DNA from: Eledone cirrhosa
Lineage: Eukaryota
DNA length: 64,000 nucleotides
Assembly (NCBI GenBank): GCA_964016885.1
Contig: OZ024745.1
Coordinates: 43,524,001-43,588,000 of the forward strand
Reading direction: 5' to 3'
Shown here: positions 12,243 to 24,742 of the stretch, in pieces
Layout of the letters: every line of letters begins with the position of its first letter
How positions within the stretch are numbered: position 1 is the first letter of the stretch
Translations under genes and position numbers: made by a program
Notes under the pieces: generated by a model
The model's input: the letters and a program-made list of their open reading frames with translations, nothing else
Told to the model about the DNA's origin: nothing
The model's database searches: none

Positions 12243-13142
12243 GCCTGCATGTATTTGCTGTAGCAATATGAAGAAAGTATTCAAATCTATAAAAGAACCT
12301 TTACCATGCTAAACATTGAAAAGTGGATGTAAAATTTAAAAAATATCCTTTTCTTGAATATTTAGATATATATAGTCAGGAAGTTGTGAAGTTTATGCTT
12401 CCAGGTTGAACATATGTTAAACAAATACTTCCAGGTTATGCATATGTTAAACAAATACTGAAATCTCCAAAATAACAATACTTGAATTATTCTTATTTCA
12501 AATAATTAAATTATTCAGTGAAAGGTTATTTTTAAATGGAATGATGATCATAAGCAGTCATCATATCTCCAAATATAAATATATCTTTAAATCACATGCA
12601 AGAGGCTTCTTTATAGTTTCTAACTTTCCAACAGATACTAACAGATTATATTCACAACCAACTTCCCACATGTAAGATTTCAATGACATATCTTTGTTAG
12701 TTTACAGAAATGCTCTAACATTTCAGAGTTTGTTCAATGTCATGATTATATCTACTAGTGCCTATAGTAGCTACTTAGTATTAGTATTATATTTTTTAAT
12801 TATTTCCATATTTTATTGACTACCATACATAACTTTACATTCTTATCTCTAAAACAATTCTACAGTTGAAGCCAAATGCTGTCATACAGTTGAAGCCAAA
12901 TGCTCTCTCTTGGAATTTTGTTCTTTAAATTTATACTAGGAATGAATTATTCTTTCACAGTATAGATTTTAATATAAGAATTAAACTACAAAATTTATGA
13001 TGCATTAAATAATTTTTCAAGAAGAGGAACTTTGATTTATGTCAATTAATTTAAAATAGAATATATTTTAGTGATCAAAGAAGACATGCCAGTACAAGCA
13101 TATTGAATGCTCAAAAGTTATTCCTGATATTGACTCAATTAA

Positions 13143-13489
13143 CCCTTTCATGACTGCATTTCTAATGACATACAGTCTATTTCAATTGACTAATGAAGAA
13201 TTTTTAGGGATTTACTACAATTATTCATTATTTCATGAGTTCAAATCCCGCCAAGGTTAACTTTGCCTTTCATCCTTACGGGGTCAATAAAATAAAGTAC
13301 CAGTAATACACTGGGTAATTGCTAGCCTTGTGCCAAAAGTAGAAACAATTATTTCATTACTAAGGTAGTGACTTAGTTTCTTATATAAAATTATTTTGGA
13401 AGATATCAATTTAAATTGGAAACCTTTAAAATGGGTGGTTTTATTTCATAGAACCAGAGCCAGTTTTGGCCAGGTTGGTAACTGAACGG
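13143..13489. mobile_element. piggyBac-like TTAA MITE (family A) with a nested SINE fragment (~13236-13352)
   Basis: ttaa|ccctttca ... tgaacgg|ttaa; the SINE is flanked by an attatttcat duplication. Confidence 0.7.
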
Positions 13490-14303
13490 TTAAATGTTTT
13501 ATCAACTTCTTGTGAGGAACTTTTATGTTGTTAGAGTTAAGGCTCATAATAAGTTTTATGTTAGCTGAAGTTGACCATGTCAATTAGGGGCTGGCCTTCT
13601 CGTACACAAAAAATGTAACCTAGTGTTAAATAAAAATATAATTTTATAATGGACATTGCAATAAAGGAATACTAGATTAAATCTATCCATAAACAAATGT
13701 AGTCATGATTATATGCAAATCTCCACATATGTATGAGAAAAAAGGCTCAAAACAAAAATAGTGTTCATAATCAGTTGATTGAATTTAAAAGTAATGCAAA
13801 TTATAGGATAATTCTTATTTTAAGTAAAAGACTAACCAAACCTTCTAGACATGTTTATAGCAGTTTTGCTGCACTGAAAGAAATAAGAAGTATAAAAAGA
13901 ATTCTTTTGCTGAAATTATTTTTGTGCTTCTTTCTTGGGTGGCTGGGGCTGTGTTTTAATTTTGCCTTTTTTGTTATGAATATACATTTATTTATGTTAT
14001 ATTTTATCAAGTTTCATTATTTCATATTTAAAAAAATTATTTCTGCATGTTTTATTTTGAGGTTACTCTTAGGAATTATATCTGATCTATTCAATCCTTC
14101 TCAACTTAGAGTTCATGCCAGCTGATTCTTACATCTAAACTTACTTCCTTCTGTGCAAAGAAGTTTTCCTTAGAGAGAAAATAAATTGCAACCCTTTTCC
14201 AGTTGCAAGACAAATTTCAGATGTTGCATATTTGATGCATGCTCAGTTTTAGTTGTTGCATTTAGTTATTTTGGATCATTATATTGTTTTATATTTTTCT
14301 TAA

Positions 14304-14556
14304 CCCTTTCATTACCTAATTTCTTATGAAATACACTGACTGTAATTTTCAAATCATTTGAAAATAATCAAGAATTCAGAAGGATTTAGTAATGTAACTA
14401 ATTGGTGTCATTATTAAGCTGCTGCTTCAATCAAAACTTGACAAAGGTCTTACATAAAATTATGAGAGAGGTTTTTAGATAAATATACACTCTTTAAAAT
14501 AAACACATTTGTGTTGTAGAACTTGGGCAGTTTCAGATCGTTTGGTATCAAAAGGG
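14304..14556. mobile_element. piggyBac-like TTAA MITE (family A)
   Basis: ttaa|ccctttcattacc ... ggtatcaaaaggg|taaa; internal sequence shared with the copies at 16056, 16818 and 30175. Confidence 0.75.
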
Positions 14557-14613
14557 TAAATGGGCTATATTTCACTAATACAATGTGTTTGTGTGTATAT
14601 ATATATATATATA

Positions 14614-14948
14614 TAAGAATAACATTAAGATGCTGATGTTACATAAATCGTTTATTCATAATAATGATTTCTACGGTTCTTTCATGCAATCCAAGATATA
14701 ATTCATGCATTTGTTGTTATGAAAACGGTATCCTCAGAAGAAAATCCAATTTTGTGATATGCCACAGGCAAAAAAAGCACGTCCTTTTGTTCGTGTTCCT
14801 AAAATCAGATTTTCATCTGAGGATACCGTTCTCATAACAACAACAAATGCATGAATTACATATTGGATTGCATGAGAGAACTGTTGAAATAATTATCATG
14901 AATAAACGATTTATGGAACATCAGCATCCTTTCTTAATGTTACCCTTA
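14614..14948. mobile_element. Foldback/hairpin MITE at the end of a (TA)n tract
   Basis: ~140-bp imperfect inverted arms (taacattaag..gatgctgatgtt..cataaatcgtttattcat...cggtatcctcaga / reverse complement). Confidence 0.8.
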
Positions 14949-15162
14949 TACTGAATCTCCATCCTAACTACAAACTATGAATGTAGAGAACTTTCTCCTG
15001 CTTGCTCCTGTTTTTACCAAAACAATCTCTGCTGAACACACACACACACACAACCCCCCCCCCTAGTATTTCTAGTTATCATTTATTATTATAGTTATCT
15101 GCATTGTGGTGACTATATTTTCAAATTTCCCAATGCTTCATAAGTCAGCCAATCTTATTTAA

Positions 15163-15369
15163 CCCTTTAGCATTTAAATTACTCTATATTTACTATTATA
15201 TTTTCACAGTAAAGGCTTTATCTCACATAATATCGAATCTATGAGATTTTGATGTTATTTATTTTGAGAACAATACCTTAACGTCAGTATGAGCAGCTGG
15301 TTACAGTCAGTTTGAAAGGAAGAGGTGAAAGAATTCTGGCTGGATACAGCCTGTTTAAATGTTAAAGGG
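15163..15369. mobile_element. piggyBac-like TTAA MITE (family B)
   Basis: ttaa|ccctttagcatttaaa ... tttaaatgttaaaggg|ttaa. Related copies at ~33586-33800 (opposite orientation) and ~34210-34405. Confidence 0.8.
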
Positions 15370-16055
15370 TTAAATATTATGTTAAATATTTCAACAAACT
15401 CCCAGGCATAGTTAACGCATCTTTGATATTTTAACCAAGTTTTTCACACCAGTACATTTCATAAAATAAGTATTTTTTCGATTGGTCATATTTAATTGTA
15501 TAAAATTTGTTATAAGGATGAATTATTTGCTTATATTTCTTTATTATTTTTATTTCCTATATTTATTTATTTATTAATTTATTTGTGTTTCATCTCAATA
15601 ATACAATATTTTGCCACACATTCTATCTCATGTATCACACATACTCTGTTACACATACTTCTAGTAATGTAGTTATGATGCACCATCACTAGCCAGCATG
15701 TGTCTTTCTAGATTGATTCTGGCAGTCTATATAGATATATTGACTTGTATATAGACAATCTATTTCGATATATATTGATGTGTAAATATTTTCAGGAATA
15801 CATCTTGACACTGCATGCTTGTAATAGTTAGTTGGGTGGGAATACAGCAATTATTAATCTTGGAAAACTTAATGTTGTTGTTTCAGTTATTTTTCTTTTG
15901 GTATCAACAAATATATCTTATAAAATTCTAGTTTTCATATCTAAATTTCGTCTGTTATTTAATTAACATATTTAGTTATATCCTATTATTTAAATCATAT
16001 TGTTACTTGTTTGTTACTTTAGATTCAATATTTATAGATTTTCTACCGTGATTAA

Positions 16056-16460
16056 CCCTTTGATTACTAAATTTCTAATGAAAGGCACTGCCTCTGGTTT
16101 TTAAATCATTTGAAAATAATTGTTTCTACTTTTGGCACAAGGCCAGCAATTATCCAGTACATTACTGGTACTTTATTTTATCGACCCTATAAGGATGAAA
16201 GGCAAAGTTAACCTCGGCGGGATTTGAACTCAGAATGGCAAGGGCCGTAACTCTATGCGCCAAAGCATGGCGTCCAACCCTCTACCGATACTGCCAATTG
16301 AAAATAATCAGGTAAAATAAGCAACTATTTTGTTAAGTTTGGAACGTAACTTAACAAAGGTTTTTACATAAAATCATGATGGAACGTTTCTAGATAAATA
16401 TATACACTTTAATGTAAACAGCTGCATATGGTTTTAGGTGGTTTAGTATCAAGTAGATTA
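16056..16460. mobile_element. TTAA MITE (family A) with a nested antisense SINE (16121-16297)
   Basis: ttaa|ccctttgattac start; the SINE is flanked by an 11-bp TSD ttgaaaataat (16110-16120 and 16298-16308). Confidence 0.75.
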
Positions 16461-16817
16461 AATTATAAAATATCCCATTTTAAACAATCTTTCAATTCTT
16501 AATACAGTTGTTTCCTCAAAAAGTTTGAAATTATAAATTTGAATTAATTCATTTATGTATTGTTCTGATCAGGTTTCTGTCATCCAGTATCATAACATTT
16601 TAAATAGTTTAAATGCTCTCTGTGTACAAGCTATGATAGCTTTCTCTGTTGTGAGTATTTTTTTATTCCTAACTGTTTTCTAGATCCTAAACATCTATCA
16701 ACAAATTTTTATATCTTCACTTCCTATTTGATATTCTATTGTAAGTTATTTCATTTCTCCCAAAGAAAAGTAATTAAATGCTCAAGAATAAACAAGGAAG
16801 CAATCGTTTTTGTTTAA

Positions 16818-17077
16818 CCCTTTCATTACCATATTCCTAATAAAATACATTGCCTATGAGTTTCAAATTATTTTGAAAAATCAGAGAATTTGGATGGATT
16901 TAATTATATAACTAAATTTCTCATTTATTAGGCTGATGGTTGGAATATAATTTAACAAAAGTTTTAACATAAAATTATGGTAGAAGGTTTGCAGATAAAT
17001 ATAAATACTTTAAAACAAACAGTTTTACATCACAGAATTGGTGAGGGGCAGATTTAGGGAGTTTTATATCAAAAGGG
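16818..17077. mobile_element. piggyBac-like TTAA MITE (family A)
   Basis: ttaa|ccctttcattacc ... tatcaaaaggg|ttca. Confidence 0.72.
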
Positions 17078-19816
17078 TTCATTAATAATGGAAATTACTT
17101 AATATTCACCTTTAACATATTTCTTGCATTATATCAGTTCTGTTTCTTGGATATTCTTGATTTTAACATAGAATAAAGTAGGTTTATCACTTCTATTTAA
17201 TATGATACTTCACTATTTTCTCTTTTTTTTTGTTATCCCACCCTCATATTTAAACATTAGATATTTAGATAGTTTTCCTGTGGAGCAAAATTTTATATTT
17301 GGGTATATCTGTTTTATCAATTTTATAGGAAATTGGATAGATTATATATAATCAGTACATTGTGATTTTCAAATTTAACTTCTCTTTACCCTTGATATGA
17401 ATTCCTCTTTTGTTGTTATCGTTGTTGGATGTAAAATAAGATCTATTTAAAAAAAAGAAAAGAATCTTTATTGCACTCTATAAAATTATTGTCCTTTGGC
17501 CATTGGTAACTTGCCGGAGGATTTGGAATTAGCTTAATAAATCATTCATGTTTATTAGAAATTTCTAAAATCTCTTTATTGTAGTTAACCATTGTAATAT
17601 TCAGTTTTGTATAAACAATCAAGACTAATTGCTGTATTCCTAAATACCCAGTTAGATGAATAACAATTTAGGCTCTGGTGTTTTCTTATTGCTAAGCTTT
17701 TGTCCTGTCACTTGTGTTATTGAAGACAATTATATATACAAGAAGAAAAATAGGTAATAAATATATGATGTGTGTGTATGTCTACAATTGCATTTAATTC
17801 TTTCTCTTAACATTAAAAACTAGTCTTTATGAAACTCAATCCATAGCCAATCTTGCTCAGAAACTAGAAGTGAAACCCAATAAAATCCTTGTACTATTTC
17901 ATTTATAAAAAGCATATATACTTATAACAATTGATGAATTCCCGTTGTGTTTTCATAATTTGTTAATTACATAAAGTAATGACTATTCTTATCTTTTTTC
18001 ATAGATTATGTAATCCCCATTTTTAATTTATATGTCCAGAATATGGATTTACATTATCCCATGGCATATATAATGTATCACCATTTTAAAAATGTTTCTA
18101 GTAAATAAAAAAAATGTAACATCATATTTTAATTATTCAATTATTTTAGCTTATCTCACTCTGTCTGACACTTAGTTTAATCACATTCCTAACTATTTTA
18201 TACATGACCTCTTTCCTCTTTCACTAATTACCTGTTTGTGTCTTATTTTCTTCATAATTAGCCAATCTTTTTTTGACTAGTTAATTATTGTCTCTTCCTT
18301 CATTATTATTTTATAGTATTATTCTAATTAATTAATGTAGTTTACATACATTTTACATAGGTTCAATTCTGGGATATTTTAAATGAGCAAAATATCTACA
18401 AATTTATTAACCCTTTGAGTTTTGGAATATTTTACAGAGTTCAGTGCTCACTGTTTTAGTTTAGATCAGTTGTTCACAGTCACATGCAGAATTTATTTTT
18501 TTTAAAACTGCAACTTATCTATAAGTATATATACAGTATGTTTAAAGTAAAAACAAAATAGAAATAAATATAGAAAACTATACTTGTATTTAACAAAATT
18601 TTGAATAGTATATTGTTCAAGATATTGAAGCATTGGTATGGATTTTTCTAAAATACTTTAAAAACATATGGTGCATTATTATTTGGTTGGGGCATTATTT
18701 GAGAACCATTAGTTTAGAAGATCGATAATTCCTATATCATATTTATTTCATTTCTTGCAGTTTCAATTATAGTTTTTGTCAAGGAACATTGTCTTTTAGG
18801 GATTTTCTTTAGGAAAACCCCATATTGTTTTCTTCTATATCTTACATCATGTCTTGTCCATCAACTATTATTTTCAATTAAAGCTAAAACAAAGCAATGT
18901 CACATTATTTAATTAGCAAATTTTCAACAGAACTTTTCACTTTTGGCCATTATATAATCCAAGATAACTTTAAATCAGCTTTTTTTTTATTAATTTCTGT
19001 CTTGAAAATCTTCTCTCTCTCTGACTCTACATATCTATCTCTTCCTCTTACTCTCTCTAAATATTTTACTCTTAATATGCTTACTCCCTCCCTCTCTGTC
19101 ACACACACATTCACTTATTGTCGCTATTAAATTCAACCACTGTCATTAGTTGTCATTTTTATCAGTATAATAATTGTTATAAGTTAAACCTTCAATACTG
19201 TCTAACATTCACCATTTCAACTTTCTATGACCATTCTGTTTGCTTTCTATTGCCTACCATATAGTTTTTACCATAAACTCTCTGGCTCTTCCTCTTAAAT
19301 ATGATATTTTTCCTTTTCAATCACTTTTAACTCATATCCTGTCACTTTTGCCTTTGGCTTTGTTGAGCATTGTTCAGTAAAGTTAACCTCTCCTCTATGT
19401 GGATATTGTCTAGATTAATTAAAGTTATCATACTCACCATATTACATTAGCACTCCACTATTTAGTTCTGTAGTTTATCATTTTAGCCATTATATTCAAT
19501 GCCATGCTGGAGCACCACCTTCAATTCTGTTCATCAGAATTACATTTTATACATCTAACAGTAGATCATACACATTTTAGTTTTCTTTTGCACTTGTACA
19601 ACTTCTATTTTCATTTTCATTCACAATCACTCCTATCAATCACAAGTGTTATAATGATGTTCTTATGTATTAGTGAAAGTGACTATATGTTACTTACATC
19701 AATACTGTAATAAAACTAATTGTATAACAGTCACATAGATGTTAATGTTGCGGTCAAATTCTTTATTTCACATTTTATATAATTTATATTCTAAATAATT
19801 TACATATATCAAATCA

Positions 19817-19887
19817 TATATTTTATCTGATGAAGACGTACTGAAAAAAACAGCACAGTACCTTTGAAATATATATAATAAAATATA
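19817..19887 (+). ncRNA. Minimal type I hammerhead ribozyme (Penelope pLTR copy 1)
   Basis: Stem I tatattttat/ataaaatata; CTGATGA; stem II gtactg..cagtac; GAAA; palindromic ATATATAT stem III; UA cleavage site at ~19877. Confidence 0.85.
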
Positions 19888-20082
19888 TATTTTGATTATG
19901 CGAATATTTTTCATTTGTTAACATTTTGAATAATATTAAAAACTCCAGGAAAACTTTCTTGTTGAGTGCTTCTAATCTATTGTAAAACTGTATTCGTTGA
20001 GTAATCAACGAACCATATTAATCTTAGGTCATATTTAGCTCCCAGAAGGTTGAGCGCTTCATCTGCAATAGATTATTAATAA

Positions 20083-22391
20083 ATGATGGAATCATTCAGG
20101 ATTTCTACATCTCTGAAGGATATACCAATACCATCAAACGAAGAATATATGAGACACTTATTGGAAAAACCAACTCCTTCATAAGAAGACTGCGGTGGCA
20201 TGCTTTCCACTTTGAAAATAAAGAGAAAATTGATAAGAAAAACACCAACCATAATTTCGATCATATTTTTAGATCTACTCTTGGCTAATTTCGAAAACGA
20301 AATTATAAATATATTAAGGAACATTAAATTTAAAAAAAAAACATATAGAGGCCAAGAATACCTCAGCAGTCTAAAGGAAAAAATTAATGACATGCAAAAA
20401 ATAAATAAAATATTAGTGAAATCGGATAAAACGAACAACCTATACGGGATGGAAAGAACAAAATATAACGACTTAATTTTAAAAGAATTGAGGAAAAATT
20501 ATAAAAAGGCCCCAGTGAGGATTTATTGGATATTAATAATGATGCATTTAAAATTATCACCAATCTTGGAATAGAGCGGAAGACTGAACCTTTCATACCA
20601 AAGCAACTGCGGATAAATTTTAAAGACCATAAAAGAAATTTCGAAGAGGACTTACCAGTTAGACTTATAGCACCTTCTAAATCAGATCTTGGAATAATTA
20701 GTAAAAATATAATAGATAGAATTTTACCAACACTTAAATTGAGGTCACGGCTAAATCTATGGAAAAGCACTAGTGAAATCATAGATTGGCTCAATAATAT
20801 CAAAAATAAAAATAATTATAAGTTCATTCAAATGGATATAGCGAGTTATTATTCCTCAATAACTCCTAATCTATTAAATAATGCGCTATCATATGCATAT
20901 AAACACACAGACCTATCTAGTGATGAGATAAATATTATATTAACAGCAAAGCAAACTTTGATTGATTTTAATAAGAATCTTTGGACCAGGGCCGATAGAC
21001 AGAAGAAGTTTGACATTATTATGGGTTCGTCAGATCGGCGCAAGTTACAGATCTTGTGGGCATTTTTATCCTTAACATGATAAATAGAAAATTGCCGGAG
21101 ATTACCGGGGGTTTATATAGGGATGACATGCTATTTATTGTAGAAAAACATAACAATAGCGAATTAAATAGAATAAAGAAAGTAATTATAGAATTTCTTT
21201 TAAATTACGACTTGAAATTAGAAGTAGAAAATAATAATAAAATAGTTAATTTTTTAGATGTGACTCTAAATTTGAACTCAGGCCTTTATTATCCTTTCCA
21301 TAAAGTCAATGAGAACTTAAATTATGTTAGTTTTTATTCTAATCATCCTAAAAGTGTTAAGAATGCAATAGTCAACAGTGTACAAAAACGAATATCCAGG
21401 CTGTCTGCTAATAGATCCATATTTAATAGTAAGGCTGTATATTATAATGAAGCATTACATAAAGCTGGATATAACAATAATATTGAGTATATAGAAAAAA
21501 TTACTGAAAATAAAATTAATTATAACCACAGTAATCATAATAAAAATGAATATAAAAACAACAACTTGATGAATAAATCGGGGGGGGGGGGGAATAAGAA
21601 CTAGATCTATAATTTGGTATGCTCTGCCAGCATCTTTAGCTATTAAAACACCTGTAGCACATTTATTTTTTAAAGCTTTGGATAAATGCTTCCCTAGGTC
21701 ACATAAATATTACTCTATCTTTAATAGACACACAGTTAAACTTTCTTATTCAACAACTATGAATATTGCTCAAAATATAGCAAAAATAAATAATAAAAAT
21801 CTTAAGTTGAACCAACCTATAATTAGCAACAATATTAATAACAATATATTAGTTAATGGGAATAATAATAGTTTAAACACGAATAATTGTAGAACACCTT
21901 TAAATAATAATAGGAATAGTTTAACGTCTGTAAATAACATTGAGAAGAAATGTAATTGTAGAAAGAGGTTTGAATGTCCTTTACAAAATAATTGCCGTGA
22001 CAAAAATCTAGTATATAAATGTACCATTAAGACAAATAATAATATATATAACTATATAGGTGCCACCTCATCTAAATTTAAGGATCGTTGGTATAATCAT
22101 AGACACTCTTTCAATAGACCAGATAAGAAATTTTCAACTTCATTTTCACAACTAGTATGGTCTTTAAAGGACAATAATATTAAATACTTCATCTCTTGGA
22201 TGAAATTAAAGAATGCTGCTTCCTATCGGAACTCAACTATTTCGCAAATTTGCAATCTTTGTAATCTTGAGATTCTACAGATAATTACAAATTATGTCAA
22301 TTTAATCAACAAAAAAATGAATTATTTAGTAGTTGTCACCATAAAATTGGTAAAACTTTCAGGCAATGTACAAGTTTCGAAAAAATATTGA
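20083..22391 (+). pseudogene. Frameshifted Penelope-like RT/GIY-YIG ORF (probably Nematis-type)
   Basis: SLKDIPIPS..RRLRWHAF; KDHKRNF..RLIAPSKSDLG; DIASYYSSI; GLYRDD; FLDV; CNCRKRFECPLQNNC linker; VYKC..YIGAT..FKDRWYNHRHSF..CNLC. Broken over at least five frames. Confidence 0.88.
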
Positions 22392-23660
22392 CAATTAATA
22401 ATTTGAATATATATATAAGTTTTGCCTTATTGTAGTAATAATTTATTGTTATTTATATGTATTAAAATAATTTCATTAAGAGTCTCGATATCCTATGCTT
22501 TGATTAGGACAGTTCAATATTTAACTAGACATCAATTATGATATATACAATAGATGATTTATGGCTTTCGTAATATCGCTGGACGTGAGAGTAGAGATAT
22601 GTTATAAATGCTTGTATAAGGTAAATGAGTTATCATCCTTTTGTTCGTAAACATTTCTTTTTGACTAGCTTGCTCAAATATATTAAATATGAAATATGTA
22701 AATTAATAATATATAGACTATCATTAAAAGGAAACTATATATCAAAATAAGTAAATACAGAAGTAAATATAACCTTTCATTAAATTAATGAAATAAAACG
22801 TTTGAGAGTAAATATAACTACAGTTTGATTCTGGGAATTAACTGAAAATTAATGAATAGTAAAGCTTTTATAAAGAGAATCTCTAAATTAAATAAAATAA
22901 TTTGAGTAATAAATGATTTAAATATATATGGATGATGATTTATGCATGGTAATATATTTTTAATACATATTTAATAATTATTTAAATAAACTTTAAAGAT
23001 TAATTCTCTTAAAGTTGTAACAAAATATTTATAGAATATCTTACCTTAAAATAAAAATTGTAATAATCTATAATGAGTTAAATTAAATTATATAAATGTA
23101 TTATTAAATTAAATATGTGATTGCTATAGAAAGTAATTTATACTGAATAATCTTGATATAATATATAAGTATAATTAGCTCTAAAACATAATCAAATACA
23201 AGAGATATTCAATTGTTTATGAATATGAATAGATTTGTTTATGAATAGATTTGATTTCTTATTTTACCTAGCATTTGAAAACAACGTTTTTTTTATTCCA
23301 CTCTATTCGGGGTTTCCTTATCTTTCTCTATTTCTCTTTACCCCCCCCCCCCCCCCCCTCGTTCCCTTTTACTCTCCCCACACCTTCCCTCTCTTTTGTC
23401 GTTATTCTTTTCTTTTTTATATATTTCTTTTATTCATTCATCCATTTATTTTTTTATTCATTTATCTATTTATGTATGTATTTATTTATTCCTTGCCTTT
23501 CCTCTTCTTTACTATATCTCTAATTTGCTCTACGTCCTTTTCTTATTTAAGTTTATCATATTATTCGTGGTATAAAAACGTTGAGATTTGATGAAATAAA
23601 TCACTGCCAATACGGGAATTGAATAATCAAGACCGTAGCGGTATGTCATATATCAAATCA

Positions 23661-23732
23661 TATATTTTGTCTGATGAGGACGTACTGAAAAAAAACAGCA
23701 CAGTACCTTTGAAATATATATAATAAAATATA
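23661..23732 (+). ncRNA. Minimal type I hammerhead ribozyme (Penelope pLTR copy 2)
   Basis: tatattttgt-CTGATGA-ggacgtactg..cagtaccttt-GAAA-tatata-TA-ataaaatata. Confidence 0.83.
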
Positions 23733-23873
23733 TATTTTGATTATGCGAATATTTTTCATTTGTTAACATTTTGAATAATATTAAAAACTCCAGGAAAACT
23801 TTCTTGTTGAGTGCTTCTAATCTATTGTAAAACTGTATTTGTTGAGTAATCAACGAACCATATTAATCTTTGG

Positions 23874-23918
<45 letters not shown>

Positions 23919-23980
23919 GTGTGTGTATGTATGTATAAATGAAACATATAATATATATTAAAGTGAATTTTTTCTTGCAG

Positions 23981-24100
23981 GTTTTTGGATTACCTCTCTG
24001 ACTTGTGTGTCTCCAATCAAGTTGCAATACCTATTACTCAAGAATTAATATGCAAAAGTATTCTTAGTCTAAATAATGCCGATATTCTCATTGAAACTCG
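23981..24100 (+). CDS. ITPR: ITPR exon ([25 protein letters not shown]...ILIETR)
   Basis: cag|GTTT ... CG|gtaag, phase 2-2; continues directly from the exon ending at 5939 across an 18-kb intron. Confidence 0.95.
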
Positions 24101-24144
24101 GTAAGAATTTTCAAATACAAGTTTTATGAAAATTATGTTTTAAA

Positions 24145-24742
24145 ATCATCATCATCATCACCGTTTTACGTCCGTTCTTCCATGCTAGCATGGGTTAGAC
24201 GGGTTGTCCTGTTGTGGGCAGTATCTGGTCGGCTGACCATGCCTTGTTCATACAGGAACTGATTTTGGCTTGATTTCTACAGCTGGATGCCCTTCCTAAC
24301 ACCAACCTCATTTACAGTGAGTGCTGGGTGCTTTTTTCCGTGGCGCCTACACGTCCACTTTACAGTGTGGGCTGGGTGTTTTTTTGCCGTGGCACCTCCA
24401 CGACCACTTTGCAGTGGGAGGGTATGGGGGCATATTGTCTATATGCTTCAGCTTTACCCATGGGAGGTCGGGTACTCTGTATTACTGTGTGACACCAGAG
24501 GTCACGGTCATGTGTCATCACCTTTGAGAGGTGTAATTGGGTAAGGTCGGCTTTTATCACCTCATCCCAGGTCTTCTTGGGTCTCCCCACTCCACGGTTT
24601 CCAATGACTTCTAGTGCTCTGCACCTTTTTATGCAGCTGTCATCCTTCATACGCATCACATGTCCATACCAACGCAACCGCCTCTCCTGCAGACAGCATT
24701 TGATTCCTTTTATGCTCAGTCTCTCTCTCAATTCATTTATGC
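24145..24742 (-). mobile_element. 5'-truncated RTE LINE (ORF end, 3' UTR, (GAT)n tail)
   Basis: Minus-strand ORF QERRLRWYGHVMRMKDDSCIK..GRPKKTWDE is homologous to the C-terminus of 1-2484; tail atcatcatc at 24145. Confidence 0.9.

Larger units (their letters stand above)
19803..23870 (+). mobile_element. Penelope-like retroelement with ~225-bp direct terminal repeats (pseudo-LTRs 19803-20025 and 23647-23870)
   Basis: Near-identical direct repeats flank an RT + C-terminal GIY-YIG coding region. Each repeat carries a hammerhead core. The 3' end runs into (TA)n. Confidence 0.92.

Noticed and set aside
5940-19800. Search for a nested gene or duplicated mutually exclusive ITPR exons in the long intron
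   Set aside because: The ORFs there are low-complexity AT-rich sequence, and the flanking exons already join in frame with no gap in the protein.
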